This document shows, in pieces, positions 1 through 14,691 of a stretch of DNA of 64,000 bases (position 1 is the first letter of the stretch; each line of letters starts with the position of its first letter). The stretch is taken from contig OX597825.1 of the NCBI GenBank assembly GCA_951406725.2, forward strand, positions 14,942,001-15,006,000, in the 5' to 3' direction. Source of the DNA: Octopus vulgaris (lineage: Eukaryota). The notes beneath the pieces are model-generated. The model was not told the origin of the DNA. It was given only the letters and a program-made list of their open reading frames with translations, and searched no databases. Made by a program: the position numbers and the translations under genes.

Positions 1-263
1 AAGAAAGAGCCGGTTTCTAACCTAGATCCAAGGCACGTTCATTGGAATTTCAACATCAATAAGAGGGTATTTTCGCTTGTATGCATGTTTATGTGGAGGT
101 TTGCATGTTTTCTTTTATGTATGTATTCTCATGCTTATAGTAGCATATCTTGGCATACTCATATATATTTAAATAATAAACTTCTGGAAAGTTTTACATA
201 TTTTTAGAGTTCCAGTGATGGAACGGATCCGTAGGCCTTGAAATAGCTTTCTCCTTTCTGATA

Positions 264-294
<31 letters not shown>

Positions 295-317
295 CCATAT
301 ATATACATATACATACA

Positions 318-965
318 GCGGTAAGAAGCTTGCTTCCCAACCAAAAGGTTCCGGGTTCAGTCCCATTGCGTTGCACCTTGGGCAAGTGTCTACACCTATA
401 GCCTCGGCCGAGCAAAGCCTTGTGAGAGGATTCGGTTGACGGAAACTGAAAGAAGCCCGTCGTATATATGTGTATGTGTGTATGTGCGTGCCCGTGCTGC
501 CGCGCGTTTGTGTCTGTCTGTATTTGTCCCTCTGTCGTCATCATTATTTCTTTACTACGCGCAAGGGGCTAAACACAGAGAAGACAAACAAGGACAGACA
601 AACGGATTAAGTCGATTATATCGACCCCAGTGCGTAACTGGTACTTATTTAATCGACCCCGAAAGGATGAAAGAGCAAAGTCGACCTCGACGGAATTTGA
701 ACTCACTACGCAGCGGCGGACGAAATACGACAAAGCATTTCGCCCGGCGCGCTAACGTTTCTGCTAGCTCGCAGCCATCACTTGACAACTGATGCACGTG
801 AGTTTATACTCCCGTAACCTAGCGGTTCGGCAAAAGACGGATAGAAGAAGTGCTAGACTTACAAAGAACAAGTCCTGGGGATCATTTCCTCAACTAAAAC
901 ACTTTAAAGCGGTGCTCCAGCGTGGATGGAATAGAATGACTGAAACAAGGAAATGAATTAAAGGA
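318..965 (+). mobile_element. SINE family A (tRNA-like head, internal TA/TG microsatellite), interrupted by a family B SINE
   Basis: ggtaagaagcttgcttcccaacca..ggttccgggttcagtccca..caccttgggcaagtgtct head; 3' half (cttgacaac..gcggtgctccagc..gactgaaacaag) resumes at ~777; matches the copy at 61837-62249. Confidence 0.85.
545..776 (-). mobile_element. SINE family B nested in SINE A
   Basis: Reverse complement of B consensus (ggcggcgagctggcagaaacgttagc..gagttcaaattccgccgaggtcgactttgcc..aaagaaata); candidate 5-bp TSD catca at 539-543 and 776-780. Confidence 0.9.
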
Positions 966-981
966 CAAAAAATATATACAT

Positions 982-1040
<59 letters not shown>

Positions 1041-1099
1041 TACATACACACATACATACATGCATATATATATACATACATACACACATACATACATGC

Positions 1100-1156
<57 letters not shown>

Positions 1157-2697
1157 CATGCTCACTTTCAAACATATGTCCATATGTACGTGTGCGCGTG
1201 CCTGTGTGTTTATACAAGCGTATGAATATTTATGAGTATGTGTTCCTGTGTGCCTCCATGTGTGTGTATCCACTTAAGTGCACATGTATATTGTATATCC
1301 TTTTATGTGTACACACATAATATTGTATAAGTCAGACAGTATTTACTGCCATAGAAATCTCTGATACTGAGACTTCTGAAACGAATTTTATTAGCAATTC
1401 ATGCTTATCCATCTCATTGAAAAAAACGGCAGAATTAAAACATGAAACTTATCTCAACAACAAGAATGGGAACTTGAAACGCTCCAATCTTTCCAATGAC
1501 AACTCTAAAGCGAAAACTTTGAATATTTATAGTAAATTTTTGCAAGATGTTCCCATGAATAAATAAATGTAAATACATAGCAAATGAAATGCTTTCATAG
1601 ATGAGGTGCTGCCACAGAGAAATTCGGTAAATTCACTTGTATGTTGATTGATTCTAACCTCAATATCAATTCACATGTCAAATTAATGAAGTGTATTATT
1701 CGATGTGTACTTCAGAATTACAGACTGTTGCAGAGATCGTATGCTTTTCACTAGATTAGTTTTCTCTTAGTTGTTGTGTGGTATTTTCGCTTTGAGCATC
1801 TTTTCATTTAAGAGGATATTTAATATCGATGCATAGGTCAAGATGGCTTAGATATATCAAAGTGTCGATGAAGCATATCGTTAGCATAAAGTAATGAATT
1901 TTCATTGACACGACTTTCTATTATCCTTTTGGCGATAAATAACCAAACTAATTAATTTAGCACATCAAGAAGCTTTAGTCGTAAACTAGACGCGCTGATT
2001 ATGTGCCTAAAATATAGTTCTGGCGACAATAATAAGATCTCAAACACCGAAAGTAGTATCTTCCCACGAGTTATTAGTTATTAGAGTAATTTAATTTAAA
2101 TATGCTTATTTTGCTCTAAAACTGATACTAATTACAAAAAACTGTATTAATTACTAAGCAGTTCTCACTTCTCACTTTCTTCCTTGTTCTTGCTGTTGAT
2201 GACTGAATGATTAAATTTTCTAATTTATGAGGAAAGCAAGCCAAATCGATCTCTTACTCCGTCTCTGAAATGGACGGGATCATATAATTATACAAACGAA
2301 TCCAGTCAAATCAGTATGGCTATGAAAATTCCTACAAAACAGTCAATCATCATACTTTTCTTTCACTTGTTTTAGATTTCCATCTCCGCTGTTGAGAGCA
2401 AATATTTAATGTCAAACATTATAGTATGGAATTGTGGGGGTTTTCTGAGTAAGGGGCGTCCAATGTTCAATAGTAGAGCAATCGAGTTTTTTTTATTATA
2501 CGTCAGCAAAATTGTTAGCAACAAATTCAGCAGAGATCCCTCCTAGTGGTTTGTATTAAAATATGAATACGAGAATACTGTAACGGTATAGATTATGTTG
2601 TATTGGTACATGACCATAGCGAAAGGAAAACTTCGAGATTTGTGCAATATGTTGCTATTGAACAGCTGCTATGTACTTGGAAGGCAATTTCGATTTC

Positions 2698-3116
2698 GAG
2701 GACTTAATAAACGGCAAACTAAATAATATAATGTGCTTAATACAGAGACGCAAAATTTTAGCCAAATAAAACCGTGAAGTGTCTGTAAGGCAATAATCAA
2801 AACGGAGGTTATTTGAAATATGTTTTCACGTATTTTGGGAGATCTTTCATACAAAAACATCTAAAAGAAATGTTGCTAAATGTTATTAAAGTTTATTACG
2901 ATTAGGAGGACTTAATAAACGACAAACTAAATAATATAATGTGCTAAATCTAAATAATATAATGTATTTAATTTTAGCCAAATAAAACCGTGATGTGTGA
3001 CGGTAAGGCAATAATAACAACGTGGAATATTCAAAATATGTTGTCACGTATTTTGGGGATCATTCATACAAAACATCTAAGAGAAATGTTGCTAAATGTT
3101 ATTAAAGTTTATTACG
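2698..3116. repeat. Diverged tandem duplication, ~208-bp unit x2
   Basis: gaggacttaataaacg..atgttattaaagtttattacg at 2698-2900 and again at 2906-3116. Confidence 0.9.
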
Positions 3117-3605
3117 TAATTTTGAATCGTAATAGTAAATAGCTAACAGTAGCCTACTATGTACATTCGTACGGATTTAAAACTTTGATTAAAACCCTTA
3201 TATACGAAAATACATGACAAAAATATCTTCTCTTTGTATCAGATGAATGTTGGCTTAATTAGAAGCCACATAGAAATCAATGGAAGATTATTGTTAACAA
3301 CGTAAATTCATTATAATTAACCAGCTATTTATTTTTTATTTATTTATTCTAAACAAAATTTAAAGCAATCCTGTGAACCAAATGAACTGACTGAATTAGA
3401 GTTTCTACCATCAGTAAATGTTATTTTATAACGATACTTACATTAACTCTAACAAATTTATGCTATTCATTTCCAGAAATTTCTATACAATTCAAAATAC
3501 TAATTTATTTTTTTCAAACAAATTTCCACATGGTATGTAGAAGAATTTGTGTTACATTTTCACTCCAGTAAATCCAAAGCTATTTCTTATTACATTTAGC
3601 AAACC

Positions 3606-3663
<58 letters not shown>

Positions 3664-3883
3664 ATAGCTTTACAGAAATAATATGTATGCATATACGTGT
3701 AGGTGAAACTAGCTCTTAACAAACAGTTCGATATTACGTGCCGTGTTCGTCTAATGTTACGTAAATGTAACATACCACGTTTTAGAAGTTATTATATTGC
3801 TAGTATATTGCAAAGCATTACTTATACACATCTATTGTGTACAAATCGAGACATTGCAATCTCCTGTCTTTGTGATACATATA

Positions 3884-4337
3884 TCCATCTTTCCTTTAAC
3901 TTGAAAATACCCCATTCTCAGAATTGAGGTAGTTTAATGACAAAGAATTCATCAAGGTATCTTTTTACCTCATCCAAGGAATTGAAATTGTTACCATTAA
4001 TACTATTCTGCAGAGACCTGAATAAGTGGAAATCCGAAGGAGCAATATCTGGTGAATATGGAGGGTGGGTTAACACATCCCAGCCGAGCTGCAGCAATTT
4101 TTGCCTGGTTCCCAAAGTAACAAGTGCCGAAAATGAACTTTCTTATCTTCCATTTTATAGGGTTACAGAATTAACACAGGATATAAGAACATAAATCTTC
4201 TTTCACGAAAAGGTAGCTTAAACTGTGCTCTAAAGAGAGGTGTAGTCAAATCCTATTTTATGGCCTCAACCATGTTCTAAAATAAGTCGAAATGTAACCT
4301 ACTATAAATCGACACGAACTTTCCGGACAAACCAATA
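3884..4337 (-). mobile_element. Internally deleted mariner (Tc1/mariner) transposon remnant
   Basis: 5' TIR (ta)ttggtttgtccggaaagttcgtgtcgattt at 4337; start MEDKKVHFRHL joined to C-terminal catalytic part LGWDVLTHPPYSPDIAPSDFHLFRSLQN..F*EWGIFKLKERW, containing the mariner YSPDLAPSD motif. Confidence 0.92.
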
Positions 4338-6751
4338 ATTGTGATTTTTGAGTCGACTATTGATATATTCTGTGACAGTAGAAGAGAGAATAAACCTTTT
4401 CAATAGCGCAAACGTTTTCCTGTTTCATTTTCATAATTCACCTTCATAGCTACCATTTTATATATTATTCCTGTGAAAATTGCTTACGCATAATAGTTAC
4501 ATTTATTTGAGTGATGACAGTACCACTATTCATGTGATACAGAAAAACTTAAACTACCATGTAGCAACAATGGCATATATCCATGATGCAATTTGTCTGC
4601 AGAGAAATGTCGCAAAATTTCGTAGAAACACTTTCAAACAAAAGTTATATACTATTATTAAAAGCAGTTAAATGACTTAAATTTATTTTAGATAGTGAAT
4701 GAGACGAGACGAAGCTACGTCAGAGCAGAAACAAAAGAAAAAAGAAATTTGTCTAAGATACCCACAATTTTGACGACAATCAGATATTTAGCTAATTATA
4801 TCGGAGTGGTGGTCAAAATGGTTTTAAGATATTTTAAAATGAATTCGTGTTGACATCATTTCTAATTAAACAAATTAGCAAAACTTTAAAAAAAATTAAC
4901 GATAAAAAAAACACTTTATCATTGTAATAACGGCAGCAGTAATAGCAGAAGAAGCTGCAGCAAGATTAACAAGAACAAAAACAACCAACAATAAAAAGAG
5001 ACAAAACAAAAAAAATCAAGACATTCATCTTTGAAAATGATTCCATATGACAAATGGTAGTCTTCGTAATTCGTGTTTAATTGAGTTTACCATTCAGTAA
5101 TTATTAAAACTGCCACAAAAAAATAAATTAAATAAAACATTTCATTTCATATTTGTTTAGTTGTTGTTGGTTCTACTTCACATATTTTTTTCTTCATTTC
5201 ATTTTTAATCATTTCACTGATTTAGATAATTAATATTTTCCAGAATATTGTTTCCTCCTTCTGTTATAATAATAACAACAACAAAAATAATAGTGATAAA
5301 AATGATATTAATGATAATGATGATGACAATAATAATAATAATTTTAATAATTTTGATAATAATCTTAATAATCTTAACAATGATGATGGTGAGGATGATG
5401 ATGATGGTGACAGTAGCAATACTAGCAACATAAAGAAATTAATATATCAGTAAATAAGTTAAAGAATAAATTACAAATTTATATAAATGTGTAAAGTAGT
5501 ACTTGACAAATGAATGTTGCAAAAGTTATACTCTTCACATATTTTTAGAAAGTAAGATTCAAGAATATATATGTACTTATATATATGCACGCATGCGTTT
5601 ATATTTACATATACATACTGATGAATACTTTTGGCAACACATATACTGCACACCCAAAACACAATCGGTTTATATGCATTTCCATTCATGACGAAGCGAA
5701 TTTTACACGAAGCCAAAAAATTTATAGAAAAGAATGGATTTTCTTTGTACTTATTTCTGAAGTAAACTATGGAACATCATATCCGTCAAATTTATTCAGA
5801 GACCACGAGAAAAATATTTCAAAGCTTCTTTGTTAAAATTGGAGCCTAGACGTATCCTTCATTCTTTAACACAGTAAAATAAATTCATATACATCTAGCT
5901 CCAAATGTTTAACTGTACGCAAGAGGAGGTATAAAGTGAAAGATTAACAACATTTTTTACTATATAACAGCAGGATATATCACATTTCAATAATATTTTA
6001 TGAGATATTTGATATATTTTTGTGCAACCTATACCATTCTCCAAGAGAGCTTATTTTTTTCGTAAACTGTATGTCTCATTAAACGCAAAGATATGATGAC
6101 TATAGAATCATTGAATCTTTAGCCAATTATGTAAAGTGTGGAAGTCATTTACCGTACTGCAATATTTTTTCCATTCATGAGGATTTAGCGCGTTTTATAC
6201 AATATCAGTTACATAAATATATAATTTCGGCCAAGGAATCGAAGGCTTATCAAAGTGTTTCATATATTCCAGCTTTTAATATGTGTTAAGCATACATAGA
6301 GAGAACAGCTGCACTCTGCTCCAAACATTTTAATTATGTAGAAGTATTAGTATAAGAAGCTTGAGTCTGTAAGAGAAAATGTGTTGCATAAAAAAAGAAA
6401 AGCAATTTAGCAATTCTACGAGGACACAAAATTATCCTTGTGTTTTAGCTCAACATGCAGAAGCAATTTCTTTATAGCCAGTAGAATATCTCGAAGGAAG
6501 GTTCTTTAAGATATGTTTCAAAGAAAGTTAATTCTAACAAAAATTTGCCAAGTCGTGCTCGGAGAAACTAATCTTCGAAAAAGTGTCATTTAGCTTCCAG
6601 GTATAGAAATGCATTCCAGAACAATTCCGAACTGCATGGTATCTTATCATTCCCTATATATATATATATATATATTCACCTTACCCTAATTAAATTATTC
6701 CAAATGACTTGAGATACTCGTTCTGCCTTTGTTTTTATTTTTCCTCTAATG

Positions 6752-6806
<55 letters not shown>

Positions 6807-8650
6807 CATAAGGATATATTGTTCTGCGATAGTCTCTTATGCTAAACGTGATCATTGAATATTTACAACATAAGAACTCCGCACATAAAAGATACATGAC
6901 CTCTGATGAACTCCCTCAACACACAATACGTGGCGTCATTCTTAAACGCCAGAATCTGCCGAGACTTCTGTGTCTAGACCAGTAATATGGGTTGTAATCG
7001 CGGGTCTATCGCCTTTTTCGTAAATAAATGTCATATATTTATGATCGTATTCAGAGAACCCAGAAACAAATGACTCAAACGGACTCGTCCTATGACGGTT
7101 TCAAATAGCTGCTTATATTCTGCTATAAACTTAAATATAACTCTACACATAAATTCGTTATATATATATATATATATATCAATTATGCTAGCTATTATTT
7201 TATGTGGAAGTTGTCTAATAGTTTTAGATAGCCTACATCATTTAACTCTCATCAGAGAGATGAAGTAAGATCAAAGCGTTAGTCGTGACAAAGGTAATAA
7301 AGCTTCCATTCGCCTCACATCTTTATTACAATGAACTCAATTATGCGAAAGCCTCTCAATGGTATTCGCAAAAATTGATAAAGATGTAGACTTTACAGAA
7401 TTTGCACATTTAGCGCCATTCCAGGTTTCAAGGAATAATTAATCCTAACTGCAATTCAGAAATATTCTTACAGCATGGATATTAACGAACTAAGCCTTCT
7501 ATGTTTAATACCGTCTGTTGATTGAAAGCCGTTTGTTGTTTACAGAGGATCATGAGATTGTAGGTAGTTGACTCTTATTCTGGTATGTTTGAAAATTTCC
7601 TAATGGATTTCTTTCATTGCTCGTATCACTTGAAATGATTACATACCTTAAAACCAAATGCGTGTTTAGAGTGGAATCAAAAAATACATTGTTTTCATAT
7701 TTGGCTTCCAATTGTGGCCTATGAGTAATTATGTGCTCACATATGTAATATATTGATGAAAGTTTGTAAACAGAAAATATATGCTGCTGTAATCTAAAAA
7801 CTCTGCAGATCGAAAGATGAGCTTGGAAATAAAATCGTGGTTTCTTTTCGTCTCTAAACGAAAAAGCCAAAAAAAAACCAAAAAACAATAAATGTGTGAG
7901 AAATTTGCAAAAATGTCCCCTTGCTAACCAAATATACAACACTCCTCTGTATGCATACAAACATACACACCCACTCACACATATATATTTATATACGTGT
8001 GTGTATGTGCGTGTGAAAATGGACGCTTATCATTCAGTCATGGCACTAGGTGGATATATGAAGATCAAAATTTAGTTTCTGGCGAGCAATGCTAGCATTC
8101 ATCACTAATTTGGTTCTCGACCAAACTAAATGCGGTTTTTTTATAGTAATGGCAGTTCAGTCTTCAGTCACAGTTTGAGATAAAATAATTGATGTTTGCT
8201 TCTTCAAATGTTAGGTCAAAATACCTGAGATGACAAATAGGAGATTAAGGCAAGAGAACTGATTTTGAACCAAAATACCTCGGTTATTTTTAAAAAAAAA
8301 ACAAGCATAGATTAATTGGATTTAAAAGAATATGCTCATTGAGATGAATGATTAGGAGAAAGTCGCATTAAAATGTATTAGGAAAAAGTTGTGTGGCTTA
8401 AGTGACAAAACAAAATTGTTAGTTAACCCTCCCCCTATCGATTTTCAATATTCCAGTTTTTGTTAAAGAGCTCTATGCAAATCATGTGATCAAATGAAAG
8501 GAATCTATGAGATGAATCTTTCGGGGAAAACCTCTCTCCTAGAAATAGTAGCTACAAAAAGAAGTGGTGTGTCTTTAAGTAACGAAGATAATGGTGATCA
8601 TCAACATATTTTTGTAATTTTAAGATATTTAGCACTACAAAAGATAGCGT

Positions 8651-8800
8651 CCGATGTAATGGGTCACTTAGTTTAATGGTGCAGCGCGCTCATCCGATGT
8701 TTGCAAGGTCCGTTGTTCGATATTCTATACCGGAAAAGGTGGTACCCGATGTTATGGATCACTTAGTTTAATGGTACAGCGCGCTTGACCGGAGTTTGTT
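8651..8800 (+). repeat. Tandem ~95-bp tRNA-like unit (1.5 copies)
   Basis: ccgatgt(a/t)atgg(g/a)tcacttagtttaatggt(g/a)cagcgcgct at 8651 and 8746; A-box-like tagtttaatgg and B-box-like gttcgata. Confidence 0.65.
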
Positions 8801-9496
8801 AAGAAATGTTAAGAAATGAAAATATTTTGCTATATCACTAAAAAGATAATAATACTCAAATGAAAGTCTTCAATCAGACATCGAGATATTTTTATGCCTT
8901 GTACATATAGAAGATTTTTTCTCTATAACAGTTATAGAGAAAACACTTTCTAAATGTATAAGGCATAAATACATTCATATTTTTTGCGATTTCTTATTAA
9001 TCTATATTAATTTGCTTTTGTATTAAGATATATATATACATATAAAAAACATTAAACTTCTATACAAAAATCACTCACTAAAAACGCTAATTATTAATTA
9101 ACGGTATTATATAACAAAAGTTGTGTTAAAATGTGTGTATTTGTTAATGATATGCTGCCATTAATCCTTTGCTACATTTATGTGCAAAATCAATTTGTAG
9201 ATTTCAACAAAATCTGTATTTAGAAACATCATTTTTTTTTCAATTATAAAAGTAAATGTAAATAATTATCATAATAGAAACACTGCCGCCTGGATAAAAA
9301 TGGATAAATGCGGGAGCAGAATCCTAGAATACTCTTAAGTGCTGAACCTAAAAAATTTCAGATCAAACAGTAACTTATGCCAGGACACGAAGAAAGTTCA
9401 CTACTTGAAAATATTCTACGATTCTTCGCCCTCATTTTTCATTCTAGTTTTATTTATATATGTTTTGTATGTATTTGTATACATAAATAAATAAAT

Positions 9497-9738
9497 GCGC
9501 CCTTTTTAAAGTCTAGCCAGATTCATGGGCCCGGTTTCCCATTTTCAACGGTGTTACTCAGCTGGACGGGACGCCAGTCCATCGCAGTGTTACCCATTTT
9601 TGCCAGCTGAGTGGACTGGAGGAACTTGAAATAAATTGTTTTGCTCAAGAACACAACGCGTCGCCCCGCCCAGGAATCAAAACCACAATCTTACGATCAT
9701 GATGCTGACACCCTAACCACTATGCCACGCGCCTCCAC
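9497..9738 (-). mobile_element. SINE family C (tRNA head, core, ctgcgatggactggcgtcccgtccag domain)
   Basis: Minus strand ggaggcgcgtggcatagtggttagggtgtcag..gattcc..gcgttgtgttcttgagcaaaaca..ccactcagctggcaaaaatg; (TTTA)n-like tail. Confidence 0.8.
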
Positions 9739-11719
9739 AAAAAATTATGTTATATCGTTATAGCAACAAAGTCACTAACGAGTTTCCATGTGCTTGAAAA
9801 CCTAGATATAGAAAGACCATGTCCCTCAAATATAAACAGTTTATACACACTCCCAACACACATATATGTATATATATATATACCTATGTATGCATATATA
9901 TGTATACGTGTATATAAATATACAAACCATTACATGGAGAGGTCATCATTCGTTTTACGACTGTTTAATGTTGTTGTATAAGAGGTGTTAGCCTGGAAAC
10001 AATACAAGATGTCTATTTGTAAGAAATCTGCGGCAAATGATTTGGAACTGTCATACAGGGAGAGCAGTGGATACGATAAAGGAACAAACTATTGCTGAGA
10101 ATTTTTCGCAACGTACTTATATTAAATGCTAAATACATTGGTAGGCATTGTTTTCACTCTTGCATATAAAATAATTAGTTATAATTGTTCGTAGTTAAGC
10201 ATTTAATGCATCCTGCATTGCATATTTTCTCAGTAACCTAATTTATCAAATTTTGAATTGGTCACAGTAACTTTGTAAATGTGATTATACTATAAAATAT
10301 ATACTGTCCACAGTTAGACATTGTTTCCACACGCAAGTATTTCCCGGAGAAATTAATGAATAGGGATCCATTCGTTATGTTTCATACATCTATAAAATAA
10401 ATGAATTATGTAGCATATAAATGAGATCTAATTACATCATACAAAATTAAATAAAAACAATTCGATGCATCTACTATTGTTGGAAACAGCGACTACAGTA
10501 AATGTATTTGCCACGCTTACTAACATTGGTCAACCTCCATTTAAGACCGCCGTCCTGTGGACATCCCATGTATCTCAAATTCATCTAATTTCACAGGATT
10601 TAAGATACTTACATTTAAATGTCGTCCTAGAACACAGGCACACACATACACACACAAGCATTTATATATGAATGCACACATATTTATACAGAATATGGGA
10701 GTGTAGTTCACTGTTGATCTGAATGCGTACACAAATACATAACTACGTACATACTTAGAGTTGCACTCCCTTTTTATCGGAGAATTACGTAAAATGAAAC
10801 AACCCTTTTCATAAAAGAATTACGTAAAATGAAACATTTACTGTTGTCGTACGAATTTACGTATATAGAACTTATGTAACATTATGATAACAATTGCAGG
10901 TTTCCATTCAAGTCGGTTATGATCATATTGTAAGTGTAAATTGCCAGAGGATATCTTGGAATTGACATTTGCTATGAATCTGTAGTGCAGATGTGGAAAA
11001 ATGATTTTCTCGTTTCTAATGAAGGCAATAAAAGAGAATGAATCAAAAGATGACTCTACGGAGAATAAGGAAAGTAGAAATAAAATTTCAGTGAAATCGC
11101 GAAAAAATTCAGTATAAGTCCCTTTGTGGAAAACCTGAATAAAGATAGGATTCTATTTCTGTAGAGCAGTAATCTTAAATATATGCTATTATTGACATCG
11201 ACATCTTACTCCGCCATCGGTTCCCCAGTATGTTAATGCATTCTATTCTGCTACTCTTTTCTTTCGTATTCCTACTCCTGATAATCTTGCATGAACAACA
11301 GAATCTTCATATACTTATTTATATCTTTAATTGTTAGTTGCCTTGTTCGGTTTCTTCTTTTTCATCTCTTTCTTCGTCTTCCCTTTTTTGTTCATCACTT
11401 CATCATCATCATCATTATCATCACCAATAAAAATATCACTGTCATCATCAGAAGCAGTAACTTCTACTTCATCGTTTTGTTCTTCATCTTCGTCTCCGCC
11501 ACTCCTCCGTTCCTTCTTGTTCTTTCTTCATACGCTTTCATATTTCGCAATATGAATAGAATCACGTTCGATAGAATTATTTTTTTTAAAATCGGAATTA
11601 ATATTTCAGAACATGCATTCCTTAGTTTTATACACTGGCGTGTCATCATTTTAAGGGTTAGTTCATCGTTATCATACCCATCGCTATTACGACTGCCATC
11701 ACCGCAGCACTGTTTAAAA

Positions 11720-12190
11720 TTGGGTTGTCCAGAAAGTTCATGCCGATTTATGGAAGCTTACTTTTCGACTTATTTTAGAACATGTTTGCGTCCATAAAAC
11801 ATGATTTGACTACACCTCCATTTAGAGCACAGTTTAAGCTATCTTTTCATGGAAGAAGGTTTATGTTCCTATAACCTGTGTTAATTCCGTAACCCTTTTC
11901 GGCGCTTGATGCTTTTCTTTTTCCGTTAAGGGGAAAATGCCTCACAAGCAACCAAAGAAATATGCGCAGTTTACGGTGATGTTTCTTTATCCGAACGACC
12001 TGTACGGAAGTGGTTCGCAAGGTTCCGAGCTGGAGATTGTAGCCTTATTGATAAAGTGCAATCAGGCAGACCATCCACTACAGCTGATGACTAAATTGAG
12101 AATAACCCACATTGCACAACCCGAGAGTTGGCAGAAAGCCTCAACCTATCAAAATCAGTTGTTCATGAGCACTTGGTAAAGCTTGGGTAA
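11720..12190 (+). mobile_element. Mariner 5' remnant: TIR and pseudogenised HTH domain, same family as 3884-4337
   Basis: TIR ttgggttgtccagaaagttcatgccgattt and a 5'UTR matching the 4150-4335 copy; translation FRRLMLFFFR*GENASQATKEICAVYGDVSLSERPVRKWFARFRAGDCSLIDKVQSGRP..TTRELAESLNLSKSVVHEHLVKLG. Confidence 0.92.
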
Positions 12191-13089
12191 TGGCAAGTAT
12201 TTATTGACCTTTTTCTCTGTGTGTATGTGTGTTTGTTTGTGTGTATGTTTGTTTTGTGTATGTGTGTGGAAAAACTAATGCCTCGATAATTGAACAATGT
12301 GATTTATTTTTGAATGTACCAAGTTCTGTTTAACTATTATAATTTACATCATCTTTAAATTCTGCGATATAATATTTATGACTTCATTTTATATTTCGGG
12401 TTTCAATATGTAAGATATAATGCATACGAGAAGGCTAATTATCGGAGAGGCGTTAATCTTTCGGTGATATTGTGGTTAAAAGATTCAAATATCTTCATTT
12501 CTAATGCAAGATGTGCATTCATTCCTGAATGCCCTAGTGACATCTCTACAAGTTTTGTACTCGATAAATGTGTCTTTGTTAGCAAGTTGTGCTACTTATT
12601 TGCTTTGCTAGAGGACAAGCGTTCGTTTGACATTGGCCATTGTTGTAAGAATTCCTTTCAGGTTTACTTTGAATTGGAAAAATTGTATACGAACGAATGA
12701 CAAAGTAATAAATCTGACGAAATTTGAATGAAGGTTATTGTTAATGAACATAAATTTACGTTAGAGAATTGCAGGCAAAACGGCAATAAGTGAAAGCAAA
12801 TTACATCGCATTATCTATACAATGTAAAGAAATAACTGTTTACGATTTTTGCGGCTATTTGTTTAAATACGGAATACGAATAATATACGTCAACGTTTAG
12901 AATCATGATTCGTAAATGCTGTTCAAATTACGGCCTTAGAAATATAGACAATAATCTAGAGACTTATAGAATGAGAAAGCGCGGAAGAGTGAGAAAAATA
13001 GGTAAAATGAGGTAAAATATATTTCAATGAATGATAAGATACACTTTTGATATCAACATTTGACCAACGTGTAAGGCCCAATAGCTCTG

Positions 13090-13150
13090 TTATATGAGAT
13101 CTATATTACACATGCACACCAGCATACATATGTAAATATATACACAAATA

Positions 13151-13192
<42 letters not shown>

Positions 13193-13219
13193 TGTCTGTA
13201 TGTCTGTATGTACACAAAC

Positions 13220-13300
<81 letters not shown>

Positions 13301-13871
13301 TAGAGAAGGAGAGAAGAGAGAGAGATGTTTGTATGTATATATATATATCTATATGTTTGTGTAAATACAGACATATATCACACACACACACACACACGCA
13401 CACACACACAAACACACATATTCAACGGGGTTTTTTCATAAACGAATGGGAGGCAGGTTATCTTTTTTGACCCTGAGTAATTGTGGAAACCACTGACGAG
13501 AAACATGATCTTATTGATCAAATTTAGAATTCACGTTAAAAGGTTTTATCAAAGTACTTCGTTCTGGGAGTGTATCTCGCCAAAGAAAGACGTTGTGGCT
13601 TGCTGTTTGCCGTTCCGACTACTTCATGAGGTTAGCGCTTTTATGCAGCTACTCAAGTTTAATTTTGGCTCACATTTATTAATTTTACCTGTTTGCTTTT
13701 AACTGCTATAGACACCTTTATTGTAATACATCTTAATATTATATTATATCTTATTGTAAATATATATATATACATATATATATATATACATACATACATA
13801 TATATATATAAACATATATATATATATATATACATACATACATACATATGTATGTATATATATATACATAC

Positions 13872-13902
<31 letters not shown>

Positions 13903-14120
13903 CACATATATATATGCACATATATATATTCACACATATATATACACATATATACACACACGCACACATATATATATATAAATACATATATATACACACA
14001 CACATATATACATATATACATACACACATATATATAGATATGTGTATATATATATATTTATTTATATATATATAAGTGTGTACCGATGCATTTGTGTGTG
14101 TGAGTGCGTGTGTTTGCATG
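13090..14120. repeat. Compound (TA)/(CA)/(GA) microsatellite fields (13115-13420, 13760-14075)
   Basis: Seen directly. Confidence 0.95.
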
Positions 14121-14653
14121 CGTGAGTGAGTCAGTAGCTTCCTTTTCTTGATGTAAACAAAAGTGACTCAGTTATATCAAGTGGACAAAAAAACTGATGT
14201 CCTCGTGTCATAAATTCAGCTTTTACTCTGATGAATACGACACACACCAGTACACTCTAAATGGTTGTTGGCTGAAGCTTTTGACGAGAATAAAAGTTCT
14301 ATAGGGGAAGTGACTCTGACACCAAACATAGAGGAGTGCACGTGAACTTCCGACGCAGAAGGACGAATCTAATCAAATATTTGTAGTTGTGAAATTGCCC
14401 GCCTTGAGCACAAGAACGATAATTATATTTTTCCCTTCGACACTCTATGAGAACTGATTTCCAAGCTGCGATTAAATCTATCCGATCTTGTTTTGAAGTG
14501 AACGCCGAAAGTTTTAATTTAATGTCCAAAACTGTTTGAAGAAAACAATTACTTGTTTGCGTTGCGATATAAAAGGGAATTATTACTGATAGACATACAT
14601 ATATGGAGGAGGCTCTTATAGCCATAAATATATGCATCTAGACACATATGTTA

Positions 14654-14688
<35 letters not shown>

Positions 14689-14691
14689 AAC

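Noticed and set aside
4337-11720. Composite transposon bounded by the two mariner TIRs
   Set aside because: Both are 5' ends whose bodies point away from the interval, the wrong geometry to carry it, and both copies are defective
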